A stretch of DNA of 64,000 bases. It comes from an uncultured virus (IMG/VR IMGVR_UViG_3300027659_000025). Lineage: Duplodnaviria; Heunggongvirae; Uroviricota; Caudoviricetes. The notes under the pieces were generated by a model. It was not told the origin of the DNA. It saw nothing but the letters and a program-made list of their open reading frames with translations, and did not search any database. The stretch's first letter is position 1. The number at the start of each line of letters is the position of its first letter. Location of the stretch: IMG/VR virus record IMGVR_UViG_3300027659_000025. The stretch is one strand, 5' to 3'. Position numbers and translations under genes: made by a program. Below, piece after piece: positions 7,133-18,234 of this stretch.

Positions 7133-8100
7133 TCAAAGATCTCATCAATCAATTTTGCAATGTAAGTCGAATCTACTCGACCTTCTTTGTTTTCAAGAGC
7201 ACGTAATAGTTGATACATATATGCTTGATCTACTCCAATTAATTGTTCACGTAATACTTTAGAATCTTCAAGGTCTATATCTTTAATTTGCCAAATAATT
7301 TTAAGCATTTGACCTGCTGTGATTCGCCAACCTCTTGCAATAAACTTTCGAATACGAAACAAAGAAGCAATTGGATACAGACTACCACGATATAATAGAG
7401 CTTTTGAAAGAATTGATTCTAATGCTTCTGGGTGGTATTGTAAATTATTCTTTCCATAATCATAGAAACACATAGAATGAACAAAGTCATAGTTCTTTAA
7501 AATATCTTCAGGCTCTCCATAAAATCTAATTATTAATTGAACTTTATCTGTTAGTGTAATTGCATTGTCTGATAAAAATACTGGACTGTATTTATTCTTT
7601 TTGTTTCTAGTTTCTTCAAACAATCCCTCAGTAACGTCTACAGCATTTTTTAAAGAAAGTGATTCAATAAAATTACTTGCAGATTCTTCGGTAGCTGATT
7701 CAAAGTATTCATATTCAGACTGTGTCTCTGAAGCTACTCCTGAACTTTTCATGTAAATGATAATTCTTTTTTCATCTTCATTTTTAATATTTTTAATAGT
7801 TTCTTCACGAACTACTGGATTACAACTTGAAATTATATTTTTAGTTTTTAATTTGCCTTTATTAATATTAAACTCATTTACATAATATTCTGCAATAGCT
7901 TTTGCAGTTTCATAATTCTTAAAGTAAAGATCGTAATCATTGATTTGCTCGCCTTGAAGCATTGAAGCTATGGCTCCGCCTGACACAATTACGTTTTGCT
8001 TTACTTGATTTGCTAGAGTTTCATCTTTAATTGTTTCAATCCAGTTATCTAACTTTTTATCTAAAATAAGTTTAATTGTAGAGGCCTTCATTCCAGTCAT
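7129..8100 (-). CDS. Pol-beta superfamily nucleotidyltransferase-like protein
   Basis: SGGAIASML...NDYDLYF (GG...DxD) and YDFVH motifs. Confidence 0.7.
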   Translation of the reverse strand: MTGMKASTIKLILDKKLDNWIETIKDETLANQVKQNVIVSGGAIASMLQGEQINDYDLYFKNYETAKAIAEYYVNEFNINKGKLKTKNIISSCNPVVREETIKNIKNEDEKRIIIYMKSSGVASETQSEYEYFESATEESASNFIESLSLKNAVDVTEGLFEETRNKKNKYSPVFLSDNAITLTDKVQLIIRFYGEPEDILKNYDFVHSMCFYDYGKNNLQYHPEALESILSKALLYRGSLYPIASLFRIRKFIARGWRITAGQMLKIIWQIKDIDLEDSKVLREQLIGVDQAYMYQLLRALENKEGRVDSTYIAKLIDEIFE

Positions 8101-8108
8101 TGTCTAGC

Positions 8109-8375
8109 CTAGTAAGTAAGTGAAACTTTTGAAGGACAATCTGCATAAATACAAACGTAATGATTTGTTTGGCTTCCGGATAAATTACATACTTTACACT
8201 TTGGAAAGTCAGAGCTATTTTGTAAATTAATTTTCTCTATTGATTCTTCATCAATAGCTTTTCTTAGCCGCTTTAAGTAAAAAGTTGTACTATCTTTATT
8301 ACTTTCATAGGCTCCTTCTAAATGATTGATAAGAGCCCACATTGCAATTTGTACTTTATTCATAGTGACTCGCAC
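8109..8375 (-). CDS. Hypothetical protein with C-terminal zinc ribbon
   Basis: CKVC...C..C. Confidence 0.5.
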   Translation of the reverse strand: MRVTMNKVQIAMWALINHLEGAYESNKDSTTFYLKRLRKAIDEESIEKINLQNSSDFPKCKVCNLSGSQTNHYVCIYADCPSKVSLTY

Positions 8376-8393
8376 ATTTGTAGATTGCCGTTA

Positions 8394-8558
8394 TTACTCT
8401 TCATCTTCATAATCTGCTTCAGGATGTTTTTGTTCTGGTCCAGAGTAGTGTGGATTTCTCTCCCATGTATCATAATCAGATGATATCCATTGTCGATCTT
8501 TTTGATCTTTTCCTACTGTCCAAACCCATTCTCTAACAGCATCTTGCTTGAAACTCAT
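8394..8558 (-). CDS. Small hypothetical protein (54 aa, not in the ORF track)
   Basis: MSFKQDAVREW...WISSDYDTWERNPHYSGPEQKHPE; ATGA overlap with the upstream gene. Confidence 0.65.
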   Translation of the reverse strand: MSFKQDAVREWVWTVGKDQKDRQWISSDYDTWERNPHYSGPEQKHPEADYEDEE

Positions 8559-9790
8559 TTAAAAAATTCCTTTATTTCCAGAGCAATATCAGTCTGTTTG
8601 TCTGTTTTTGTAGCAATATATACACATTCAGCAATAATAAATTTAGCAAACATTTTTAAATTAACATTGTCTATCCAATATGTAACTCCATCTCTTTCAA
8701 GATTTATGCCTGCTTGCTCAGCAAGTTCTTTAATTCGCTTGTTCATCATCAATCCCAAAATGGCTCTTCATTGATTTAACACGAATGCTGTCAGGATGAC
8801 CACAAAATTGAATACATTCCCGAACAATCAACTTGGCGAACTTTTCTTCGTCAAATTGTTCAGTAAAGCCACCATAACCATTATGGTATTCTGTGCGACA
8901 TTGATCAGCGAGTTTCTGAATAGTCTTGTTCATTCTGACATCCTTTTAACTAACATCTCAGCAATTTCCCTAGCCACCTGTGTAGCATTAGCCTTGATGC
9001 TTTCTTTATGCCCTTTGACATTGTGGATAAACATCCAATCCTTAGCAGACTTCTCGCACCAGTCAATGAACCATTCCCAACTGAAATTAGGCCCACGGTA
9101 TTTGGGATTAGTGAATGCGGCAAACGATCCAGCCACATTGGCATAGCAGATATTGGCTATCTCAAGGCGTTTCGTTTGGCTAATTCGTTCATTCATTATT
9201 CAACTCCGAAATACTTTTTGATTTTCTCTTCAATAGTATCTGCTGTAATAGGAATTACTACTTCTTTAACACACATCATACATTCTTTGATAATCAAATC
9301 GGCAAATTTTTCTAAACTAATTGTTTCTTCCCAATTGTCAGAAATAATGGTATCAGTAGAATCTACCAAGGGATAGTTAATATTAATAACAGCTTGCTTA
9401 GCAAGTTCTTCAATTTGATTATTCATTTCTTTAATTCCTTGCTATTTTGAATAATACAGATGCTTTTAGACTTTTTAGCAGTGTTAGAATGTTTACAACA
9501 CCAATCTGCATATTTAGTATTAAAAGCACCTGTATTATGATATACACAGCTCTTGCAGTGTTTACTCATTTCTTTTTAATTTTCTATTGAAATGCACGTT
9601 TAAATCTTTCTCGATCAGTTAAAGTAAAACATCGAGTGCTGCATTCCATTACTACTAGCTCAATTAAGTATTCAGAAAATAAATCCATTGTAGAAATTAA
9701 ATTATTAGATTTTTTAGCTTCTTCTGTTGCATAATCTTTAGCCTGCTCTACAAGGCTTCTCATTAATGGGTTCATATTACTCCTTATCAT
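8555..9790 (-). repeat. Array of paralogous small ORFs (8555..8758, 8730..8933, 8930..9196, 9196..9426, 9584..9790)
   Basis: Shared MNxxIxxLAxQA start and FAxLIVxEC motif. Confidence 0.7.
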
Positions 9791-9934
9791 TTTTAATATT
9801 TTCTTTTGTTATTTCAACCACTATAATATTACCTTTTACTTTAAAAGTACTAATATTCGTGTTTAGAAGTTTTTTAATTTCCTCTGGGTAATTAACTAAA
9901 AATTCTTTAATATCATCTTCATTTTCTTCTAGCA

Positions 9935-10828
9935 TTACAAGTCCATTAAATCTCTAAAACCAAGTGCTCTTGGAAATCGTGGTTTATCTTTAATTCCATG
10001 CAAGAAATATCTAAACTTAAGATGCTTGCCAATATACTTATACTTATTTTCTAAAATTTCTTTTCGTTGTGCATGGTTCAAGCTGCCTGGTGCAACATCT
10101 AAGATATCATTGCCGTACAAGACTTGAAACTTACCTGCAATATCTCCTTCAATTAGTCCTGCTTTACTTGAAGATCTTTTTGCATAACCTAATTCATCTG
10201 TTTCAAGTGTATTGTGATTTTCCATCATAGGTAGAATATTAACTACCATTGCTTCAGAATCTTTAAATCGTTTAAGTTTATAAATAAGACCTTCTTTAAA
10301 TGTACCTCGACCTAGCTTATAGTGGCCTACAGGATTCCTCATCATGATGCCTTCAAAACCTTCTACAAGACATTTTTGTTCATATTTAACTAGCTCTTCA
10401 TGGTTTTCAATATACTCGTGCTGAACTAATTTAACTTGAATTTGAGTGCCAAGAACTTTTTCTAAATACTCTAATCTTTCATAAAAAGGCTTATGCAAAT
10501 AATTTGGATGTGTATAGTCAAATACATAATATGTAAGATTACCTGGTTTGTTCTCTGACATTACATGACTTTGTGTTCTATTATAAACATCAAAGTCAGT
10601 GCAGTTACCTTCAATTAACTCACCATCATAATGCTCATAGTCTTTAAATTCTATTTGTGCTTGATATGAAGGCAATATTTTAAAGCTTCTAGACATTGCA
10701 TATCTATTTTTAATGATACAGCGAATACCGTCGTACTTAGGTGAACACAATAAAGGATATTGAAGTTTTTTAAAATAGTCAGGAAATGATAACGGATCTT
10801 CACCCGGCGCTAACATTGGCTTGAACAT
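9935..10828 (-). CDS. ATP-dependent DNA ligase
   Basis: KYDGIRC, YDGEL, FD, EGIMMR, KLK and PRFP motifs. Confidence 0.92.
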   Translation of the reverse strand: MFKPMLAPGEDPLSFPDYFKKLQYPLLCSPKYDGIRCIIKNRYAMSRSFKILPSYQAQIEFKDYEHYDGELIEGNCTDFDVYNRTQSHVMSENKPGNLTYYVFDYTHPNYLHKPFYERLEYLEKVLGTQIQVKLVQHEYIENHEELVKYEQKCLVEGFEGIMMRNPVGHYKLGRGTFKEGLIYKLKRFKDSEAMVVNILPMMENHNTLETDELGYAKRSSSKAGLIEGDIAGKFQVLYGNDILDVAPGSLNHAQRKEILENKYKYIGKHLKFRYFLHGIKDKPRFPRALGFRDLMDL

Positions 10829-12161
10829 AAATTTCTTTCAATTGATTTAAGACAGACTTTCTATTTCCCTGCAAATTAAATTGTTCTTTTATAATAGTAT
10901 ATGCAGATCTTCCAGTCTTTTTCATACCTTTTATTTCAAGTTCAAGCGCTGCTATTAATACTCTCATTTGATAGAGTTTAATTGCATCTCCTGTTAATGC
11001 TGTCAAAGCCGTTCTCCATCTCCATAGTCCTCATCTGTGCCCCAACCTGCAGAAGATAACGCTGATGAATGATCTCCATCCATAGATTCAAAAATGTCTT
11101 GGTTATTTGCACCATCATAATGATTAGACAAGTCATTATCATAGTCTCTTAAGAGATGGATAAACCTAACAATATGCTTAGCTACAACATAATCTGGCAA
11201 ATTAAGTTTTGCATCAATGCCATGATAATTTACAAAAGTAGTTAAGTCTTTTTCAAAATTATTGTCCATGATTAAGCCCAAGCAATGTTGTCTTCTAATG
11301 CAATCGCGTATCTCACTAGTCTGTTAAATTTATTTAATTTCCGACTAGCATATGACATCTGATCAGTTATTTCTCCTTCTTTTTTCCACAGTAATTCGTT
11401 TTCTATTCTTTCAAGTTTTTCAAGTAGTTGTGGTAGTTTACTAAATTCAACTATGCCATGATAATAATTATTTGATGATATGCTTTCAATCATATCAAAC
11501 GTTTTTAATAGAAAAAATGCGTTGCTGTTTGAAACGTTTATTGTAGGATACATTGCCTCTTTAACAAAGCGAGGATTAAATAGAGAGTTTTCTGGGTCAT
11601 ACTTATTAAATTCTTCATTTTTAACAAGTATGTACCTTTCATGTTTATCAAGACTAAATGTGATGCTCATTTAAATCCTTCTTAATTAAATTTATTTTAC
11701 AGAAATCATTGTATTGAGTGAATGTATCACTATAGACTGTCAGTGTTGCAATATCTTTAAGATTGTTTTTAAAATATAATCTCAAAGGAGCTATATTATA
11801 CTTTCCAAATATTTCTGTTTTGTATTCAATACTATTTTTTGAATTTAACAAAAGTCTAACAGCTTTTAAAGCTTTTAATAAATCTTCTCTAAAAGTTGGT
11901 GTTTTAATTTGTTCACATTCAAGTTCGTAGATAAGATCTTTAATTTGTTTTTTATAATTGTTCAATTTTATTCTCTAAATCATCACGATGTTGTAACTCA
12001 TTTAAAGCAAAGATTACAAGATCTGATAATAGCTTAGTCCTGTTTAGTAAAATAGCATTTATTTTCTTTTCATCAACTGAACCATAAAGAGGATTTGTAA
12101 TCTTTTCTACAAATGCCTTATCTGTATTCACATACTTTTCTATAGCTTCTTTAAAATTCAT
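10800..12161 (-). other. Five small hypothetical ORFs (10800..11006, 11003..11281, 11272..11670, 11654..11965, 11952..12161)
   Basis: Overlapping minus-strand ORFs between RNR and ligase. Confidence 0.55.
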
Positions 12162-12175
12162 AAATACCTTTCAAT

Positions 12176-12203
12176 TTAAAAGGGTAGCATCGTGGCTACC
12201 CTT
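12176..12203 (-). terminator. Terminator-like hairpin after the RNR gene
   Basis: GGGTAGC/GCTACCC stem followed by TTTT. Confidence 0.6.
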
Positions 12204-12213
12204 ATATTAAGTT

Positions 12214-14118
12214 TTATCGAATTGGACAAGCGCCTGTTGCGCATTCATCATTACTATCAAACTCTGCTGATGCAATTGAAGAAATAACTTTAGTCTTTGA
12301 AACAAGTTCATTGTAAACAGCTTCTGTGATTTCTTCATAAGGTGCCTGAGCGAAACCATGTTCATAATGTAACAAGAAAGATAAGCTCTTATGATTATCT
12401 TTATAATTTTCTTTTAAGTATTCTTTAATTGCAGGAATCTCTTCTTTCCTGTAATAAATTGTACAAGACACACTATTGTCTGACCAATCTTTTTGGAGTC
12501 GTTTAATTTCCTTAAGCTGATCAAAAGCTGTCATTTCGGCAGCTAGTTTTGTTCCAACAGGATAACTAAATGGGAATGTTACAACTACTGTATTGTAATC
12601 ATCTGATCCGTCAAAGTTTTTAACGTATTCTACAGGATAACCTGAATTACGACATACATCTACTAAACTATGCCCTGCTGCAATACGAATACGACGATAC
12701 ATAAACTGAGCATAAGCAGGATGAATACCTGGAGTTACGCCTGGCAACAGAGAAAGTGTACCTGATGGCTTAACAGTTGTTAATTTGATACTTGGATTGA
12801 AATCTTTAAGCTCTGAATATCGGTTATCAAAGTCTCTTAGATATTCATAACCATCGCTCATCCATGAATTTTGTTCAGGAGTTGCTTGTAGAATACCTGT
12901 GAGGCCAATGCCCATTCTCATATTCTTATGAACAATTCTTTCTGTTTCTGGGTGATGAGATGGTAAAGTTAAAGAGTGTTTATTAATCCTATAAAGTAGC
13001 TCTAGAATATCTAAAAATTCTTCTTTACTCTCAACATTTGGCAAAAACACTTCTGCAAGACAGCACGTTTCATAAGCAGCAAGTGATTGTTCAGCACACG
13101 GATTATACCCCATTACTTCTGGATCAGGGTATTCAGTCTCGCCAAGTCTTCCGATTTTTCTTGAAAGTTCAAGATTAATCAATCCATACGGTTCGCCTTT
13201 ACCTTCATAGCCGTCCCAGAAATATTCGTGAAGTGTTGTTATGTCATCACAAGCCACGCTATTGTTAGACATAGCACGCCAAGAAGGAATACTTCCCATA
13301 TCCCATCGTTTTGCAAGTAAATACTCAACATCATCAGGATCACCAATTGCAATTTGAGCAGAGCGTCTTACATTACCTGCCACAATAATATGGCCAATAA
13401 TGTTCATAATATCTAATGCATCTAAAGGACGAATCTTTCGACCGCGTCGCTTTTCTAATATTTCTGAAATTTTAGAGATACCCCAACACAAATCTTCTGG
13501 GCCTGAAGCTACACCACCAAAGCCTTTGATTGGTGCGCCCTTACCTCTTATTGCCTGAGTTGAGTAAGTAAATGTACCCTTTTCTTTTCTTTCAGATAAG
13601 AATGCAGCTTTAAGTGTTTTACCTAAAAACTGAACCCAACCTTCTCTTGAATCTGGAATAATATAATCTGCACCACCGTTATCTACTCTTGTAGGTGCTG
13701 TAAACCAATCACGAACAACTGGTAGTTTGTCAATATTTTTCTTTTGTAAATTATAGCCTACACCTGAACCAAGTGCAAGCATATCCATTGCCCAACAAAA
13801 TGGACGAATAGGACTGTCAATCACTGTAAATGCACAATTTTGTAAAGATGCTAAGCCTAGACGATCTACTGTCTTTGTTCCTAATTGCCACAAGAAACGG
13901 CCTGCTACAGAACACTTTAACTTTAAAAAGTACTCTTTAAGCCTATCTTCTTCATCTTGTGTAAAACCTACATTTAGTTGGTTGTGACAAGCTTCTAATA
14001 CTCTTTGAATTGTATCTTGAAATTCTTCTGTTTTATCTGTGTCTTCTAAAGGTCTTGAATAAGTCCTTTTATATGTTAAATAGCCAACAGTTGACCAGGG
14101 TGTTTCAATTTCATTCAT
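12214..14118 (-). CDS. nrdJ: Class II (adenosylcobalamin-dependent) ribonucleotide reductase
   Basis: LQNC, GNVRRSA, NPCAEQ, TTVKPSGT, C-terminal CATGACPIR; no beta subunit in the window. Confidence 0.9.
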   Translation of the reverse strand: MNEIETPWSTVGYLTYKRTYSRPLEDTDKTEEFQDTIQRVLEACHNQLNVGFTQDEEDRLKEYFLKLKCSVAGRFLWQLGTKTVDRLGLASLQNCAFTVIDSPIRPFCWAMDMLALGSGVGYNLQKKNIDKLPVVRDWFTAPTRVDNGGADYIIPDSREGWVQFLGKTLKAAFLSERKEKGTFTYSTQAIRGKGAPIKGFGGVASGPEDLCWGISKISEILEKRRGRKIRPLDALDIMNIIGHIIVAGNVRRSAQIAIGDPDDVEYLLAKRWDMGSIPSWRAMSNNSVACDDITTLHEYFWDGYEGKGEPYGLINLELSRKIGRLGETEYPDPEVMGYNPCAEQSLAAYETCCLAEVFLPNVESKEEFLDILELLYRINKHSLTLPSHHPETERIVHKNMRMGIGLTGILQATPEQNSWMSDGYEYLRDFDNRYSELKDFNPSIKLTTVKPSGTLSLLPGVTPGIHPAYAQFMYRRIRIAAGHSLVDVCRNSGYPVEYVKNFDGSDDYNTVVVTFPFSYPVGTKLAAEMTAFDQLKEIKRLQKDWSDNSVSCTIYYRKEEIPAIKEYLKENYKDNHKSLSFLLHYEHGFAQAPYEEITEAVYNELVSKTKVISSIASAEFDSNDECATGACPIR

Positions 14119-14312
14119 TCTCTACTTTCAATTATTGCTGCAAATCGTATAATGATAAAGTCTTTTAAAGCAGCTTCATCATTCTCGTAAATTAAACCTT
14201 TCAACTTGCTTTTTGCTTTTTGTAACATAATTGCGTCATCGACAGACATTTGACAAATAACATCTATAGGTGGTTTATTTGAATATTCTTCAACCCACTT
14301 AATGTATTTCAT
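14115..14312 (-). CDS. Hypothetical protein
   Basis: ATGA overlaps on both sides. Confidence 0.55.
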   Translation of the reverse strand: MKYIKWVEEYSNKPPIDVICQMSVDDAIMLQKAKSKLKGLIYENDEAALKDFIIIRFAAIIESRE

Positions 14313-15946
14313 AGCGTTACAAACTCCTCAACATCAGCATTAGAGGCTACAAGTCTACCTGTTTCATATTTGTAATGTGCACCTTTTACATTACCTGTAA
14401 GACCTGTATACCTTGATTTTAAAATTCGCATTTTAATGCTATTTCGTTCAGCTTCACTGTCTGCTGTTAAATTCCTTGCAAAGGAGATAATATCAAATGA
14501 TATTTGTTTAATAGAGCCAGAACCTCGAATGTCATCAATAGATGGCAATCTGCCTTCTTCAAAAGAGCCTTTGTTATTTGGTGCTTTTCTTAAATGAGAG
14601 ACTAAGCCAATCCAGACAGGATGCCGTTTAACAAGGCGCAATAAGTCATTCATTACCCTGTCTTGCGCTTCATTACCCGTTAAGTTTTCAACACCTTCTG
14701 AAACTAAAATTGTAATATGATCAATAAATAAATATCGACATCCTGTTAAACACATATACTCTAATTGATCTACTATGCTATTATCGTTTATTGAGCCTTG
14801 ATGATCTAATAGCACAACACGATTTGATTCAAATACTTTATCAAAACCAATTTTTAATTCTTCAATTGGAATTTCGTCTTTTGCAGGGTTTCTATTTAAA
14901 GCCATACCTGCTAACTTTCTAGCAGTTTCTGCAGGCGATTCTTCTAAGCTTATTACACCTATTTTATCTTCTGTTGACTCTAATAAGTGCAACATTATTT
15001 CTCTTAATACTGTTGATTTACCACTACCTGTACCAGAAATAAACAATGCAATTTCACCGCTTCTCATACCTTTAAGTTTAGTATTAATACCATCTAAACA
15101 TTTAGGGTAAGGTACTGATGCTGTACTATTATAGTTTTGTAGCGCTTCCCAAAGCTCTTCTTTACCAATAATACCAGCTGGTACATAAGGTGCAGCATCA
15201 AACAAACACTGCATTAATCTTGCGCTGTCAAACTTTAATAAAACTTCATTTGCATCTTTTAATGGAAGTTTTACAATTTTTACTTTATCAATTCCAATTA
15301 ATCTAATTGATTCTTCAGTTGCCTTTTTGCCTGCTTCATCATTATCTAAACACAAAATAACTTCTTGAAATGATCTAATCCAATCTCTATTTTCTAAAAT
15401 TGATTTAGTCATTACTGATGAGGACAATGCAACTACTGGATAAATCTTTTTATATTTATCATAGCTAGCTTGTGCTACACTTAAGGCATCTATTTCACCT
15501 TCTGTGATAATTAATCTTTTTCCAGAATTGTTAAATTTAGTCTGGCCAAACAAGCCTTTTGACTTACCAACCCAAGAAAATTGTTTTGGTAATTCTCTTA
15601 CTTTATATGCTTTATTATCATCATATGGATAATAATGTGTATCTATTTCACCATCTTCTCCATAAGAGACTCTTACATCAAAGAATTCAGCAACTGTTTT
15701 AGTAATGCCTCTTTCTTTAAAGCCTCTAACCGGGTACTTTTCAATTTCTTCAATTGTAGACATCTTCTTTTTAAAGAAATTTGGTGTTTTAACAGTTTCT
15801 ATTTCAAACTCCTCAGATTCTTGTTTAGGAAAGAAGCTTCTGCAAGAGAAACAGAATGATGTTAGATCTTCGTATAGTTGTCTAGCATCTGAAGAGTTAC
15901 AAGCTTTACTCAGACATGCTAGATTCTTTTTTGTTACTATTCCCAT
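14309..15946 (-). CDS. T7 gp4-like DNA primase/helicase
   Basis: N-terminal Zn finger, TOPRIM (TEGEIDA, DNDEAG), Walker A GTGSGKS, DHIT, RGSGSIKQ. Confidence 0.93.
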   Translation of the reverse strand: MGIVTKKNLACLSKACNSSDARQLYEDLTSFCFSCRSFFPKQESEEFEIETVKTPNFFKKKMSTIEEIEKYPVRGFKERGITKTVAEFFDVRVSYGEDGEIDTHYYPYDDNKAYKVRELPKQFSWVGKSKGLFGQTKFNNSGKRLIITEGEIDALSVAQASYDKYKKIYPVVALSSSVMTKSILENRDWIRSFQEVILCLDNDEAGKKATEESIRLIGIDKVKIVKLPLKDANEVLLKFDSARLMQCLFDAAPYVPAGIIGKEELWEALQNYNSTASVPYPKCLDGINTKLKGMRSGEIALFISGTGSGKSTVLREIMLHLLESTEDKIGVISLEESPAETARKLAGMALNRNPAKDEIPIEELKIGFDKVFESNRVVLLDHQGSINDNSIVDQLEYMCLTGCRYLFIDHITILVSEGVENLTGNEAQDRVMNDLLRLVKRHPVWIGLVSHLRKAPNNKGSFEEGRLPSIDDIRGSGSIKQISFDIISFARNLTADSEAERNSIKMRILKSRYTGLTGNVKGAHYKYETGRLVASNADVEEFVTL

Positions 15947-16112
15947 TGTTTATCTGATTAAAAATAGTACCAATTAATAGAAGTGCAATTGAGATTGACA
16001 ATGCACCAGCGCTTGTGATTTCTTTTTCAGAAAGCCCTAATAGTACTGAATAAATAGAAAAACAAATTCCTACTAGTATTAACAGCTGCCCTAATATTTT
16101 TATATACCACAT
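15906..16112 (-). CDS. Small membrane protein
   Basis: Two hydrophobic segments. Confidence 0.5.
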   Translation of the reverse strand: MWYIKILGQLLILVGICFSIYSVLLGLSEKEITSAGALSISIALLLIGTIFNQINNGNSNKKESSMSE

Positions 16113-16113
16113 A

Positions 16114-16590
16114 TTATTCCTTAAAATTATGCCAGTCCATTACTAACTTTAGTCTTTTCTTATGCCTGTCTGTAATTGGCTCTTTTACAGGCCAAGCTAC
16201 CTTTTCTATTAAAGTATTATACCATTCTTTTTTAGTAGGAGCTTCTACTAAACAAAGAGACCAAGTCTCTGAGTAAGACAGTGTACCTTTTGTCTTGTAT
16301 TGCTCTAAGCAAACAAAATCAAATTCGTCTTTAGGTCTTTGCTTTAACAGCTCATTTAATACTTTAGAAGATGATGTATATTTCTTCCAATTAGACTCTT
16401 TGCCTTTATTTTGAACACCTGTTCCATAAAATAGTTTTTTACCTAAATAAAATCTTTCAAGCGTATTGTCTCTAATCACATAAATAAAACCTACACCTAT
16501 ACCCATTTTCTCTTCAAAGTGCCAATGCCCATTTTCTCTTACAAATAAAGTATTATTTAAGGCTATAGGTATTTCTCCTGAAAATTTCAT
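16114..16590 (-). CDS. GIY-YIG-like (Seg-type) endonuclease
   Basis: GFIYVI...FYLGKK...ESNWKKYTSSS...WYN. Confidence 0.6.
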   Translation of the reverse strand: MKFSGEIPIALNNTLFVRENGHWHFEEKMGIGVGFIYVIRDNTLERFYLGKKLFYGTGVQNKGKESNWKKYTSSSKVLNELLKQRPKDEFDFVCLEQYKTKGTLSYSETWSLCLVEAPTKKEWYNTLIEKVAWPVKEPITDRHKKRLKLVMDWHNFKE

Positions 16591-16599
16591 TATACACCT

Positions 16600-17421
16600 C
16601 TAACTTAATTCTTTTACAATTGGCCATAGCTCAAAGTTAAAGTAGTCATCTTTATGTTTTTGGAGATGAATCATTTTACCATTAGAAAGCAAATAATCTT
16701 TCCATTCTAATTCACCATATGCAATTAAGTATTGTTCAACTACTTGTTCTTGAAATTCTTCTTCTGTATTAAATGGAGCTAAAATCTTTTCAGCTTTTAC
16801 CTCACCAACACGTGGCACTCCAGGTATATTATCTGTTGGATCTCCTTTTAATAGTTGTTGATAATAATGTCGTTTAGCTTCATCTTCAGAGATATCTAAA
16901 AAAGCTTTTTTATGCATTAGCCAATGCTTACCTGGGATGCATTTTAAATCTTTATCTATAGAGCATATAATATATTCTTGACCAATTGCTCTACACTCTT
17001 CTGCCCAAATACGCATTAAATCATCAGCTTCTCTGCCATTAGACTCTACTGCAAGATTTTCAGCTACAGCTAATTTTCTAAGTACTGGTACAAAATGGTT
17101 TTGTTTATTTGGATCAGCATGCCTATTTAACTTATATTCAGGATAGAGCATATTTCTAAAATTATCAGGACCTTTTACAGCCATTAAAAATTCAGTACAG
17201 TAAAGCGTATCTAGCAGTGTCTGTAAGTCTTTCTTTAAATTTTCCCAAGACTCTTCTAAATAATATCTGTCTTCTTCTTTAGTCCATTCTAAAGACACTC
17301 TTTTGCCATCGTCATCTAACGATACAAATGAGACGCCATCCTCGACTCTAGCTTTCTTTTCCCATCTAGATTTGCAGGCTTGATAACATAAAACATCTCC
17401 ATCAATTATTGCTATTGTCAT
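16600..17421 (-). CDS. 5'-3' exonuclease (T7 gp6-like)
   Basis: IDGD, YKLNR, EADD, SIDKDL, GDPTDNIPG motifs. Confidence 0.9.
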   Translation of the reverse strand: MTIAIIDGDVLCYQACKSRWEKKARVEDGVSFVSLDDDGKRVSLEWTKEEDRYYLEESWENLKKDLQTLLDTLYCTEFLMAVKGPDNFRNMLYPEYKLNRHADPNKQNHFVPVLRKLAVAENLAVESNGREADDLMRIWAEECRAIGQEYIICSIDKDLKCIPGKHWLMHKKAFLDISEDEAKRHYYQQLLKGDPTDNIPGVPRVGEVKAEKILAPFNTEEEFQEQVVEQYLIAYGELEWKDYLLSNGKMIHLQKHKDDYFNFELWPIVKELS

Positions 17422-17422
17422 A

Positions 17423-17698
17423 TTACCATTTCACCTTATTTGCCCAATACGCCGCTGACATAGTTCCTTTTTCAATATTTTCTGAATGTCTTGCTTTAAA
17501 GGCTAAGCGTCTTGATTTAGCAGCTTCTGATTCTCCTTCTTTTGCTGGAGAGCCTGACACACCTTGAGCACCAAACCGAATTAGTCTAATCTTTTCACCT
17601 TCTTTAACTAACACTGCATGGCTTTTGTTAGGATGCGAAGGCGTCTCCTTAGGCTCATTGTAGCCTTCAAAATTTTCACCACGATACTTTATCGTCAT
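17423..17698 (-). CDS. Basic hypothetical phage protein
   Basis: IRFGAQG...FKARH...SAAYWANKVKW. Confidence 0.65.
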   Translation of the reverse strand: MTIKYRGENFEGYNEPKETPSHPNKSHAVLVKEGEKIRLIRFGAQGVSGSPAKEGESEAAKSRRLAFKARHSENIEKGTMSAAYWANKVKW

Positions 17699-17706
17699 TT
17701 TAGCTC

Positions 17707-17994
17707 CTAATTGCTAACACCTAACTTCTTTGAAATTTCATAATACTTTTCAGTTCTAATCAATTTAGCATTGACTTGTTCATTATCTGAGTGTATATGA
17801 ACATTCTGTTCTTTTAAAGCTTCGAGTAGTCCAACAACATCAGACCATTCAATTAGTAATCTGTCAAAATTTGTAGTAGTTTCATTTGATGGCTTATGAT
17901 CTAATCCGAATCTAAGACATTTGTGAATTTCTTTTTGAACTTCGCCAAGTTCTTCTGCTAAACAAATTAACAAATATTCGGTTTTATCTAACAT
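17707..17994 (-). CDS. MazG-like NTP pyrophosphohydrolase
   Basis: EELGEV...EWSD acidic motifs. Confidence 0.6.
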   Translation of the reverse strand: MLDKTEYLLICLAEELGEVQKEIHKCLRFGLDHKPSNETTTNFDRLLIEWSDVVGLLEALKEQNVHIHSDNEQVNAKLIRTEKYYEISKKLGVSN

Positions 17995-17997
17995 AAT

Positions 17998-18234
17998 TTA
18001 TTTCTTTACAATTTGAGTGATTGATTTATACATAATACCATCTTTAAATTTATAACCTTTTTCACAGCCTGTCACTTTACCTACAGAGTAAAACTCATTG
18101 GTAGGCACTACAACAACACTAGAAAGATCTATAAATTCTTTTGACTTATATGTATGAGATTTAGACCAATAGCCTCTTTCAAGGAAAACTACATGCACTG
18201 CATAAATATCTAGATCAGTCATAATGTCCACCAA
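17998..18234 (-). CDS. Hypothetical protein
   Basis: ORF track. Confidence 0.55.
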   Translation of the reverse strand: MVDIMTDLDIYAVHVVFLERGYWSKSHTYKSKEFIDLSSVVVVPTNEFYSVGKVTGCEKGYKFKDGIMYKSITQIVKK

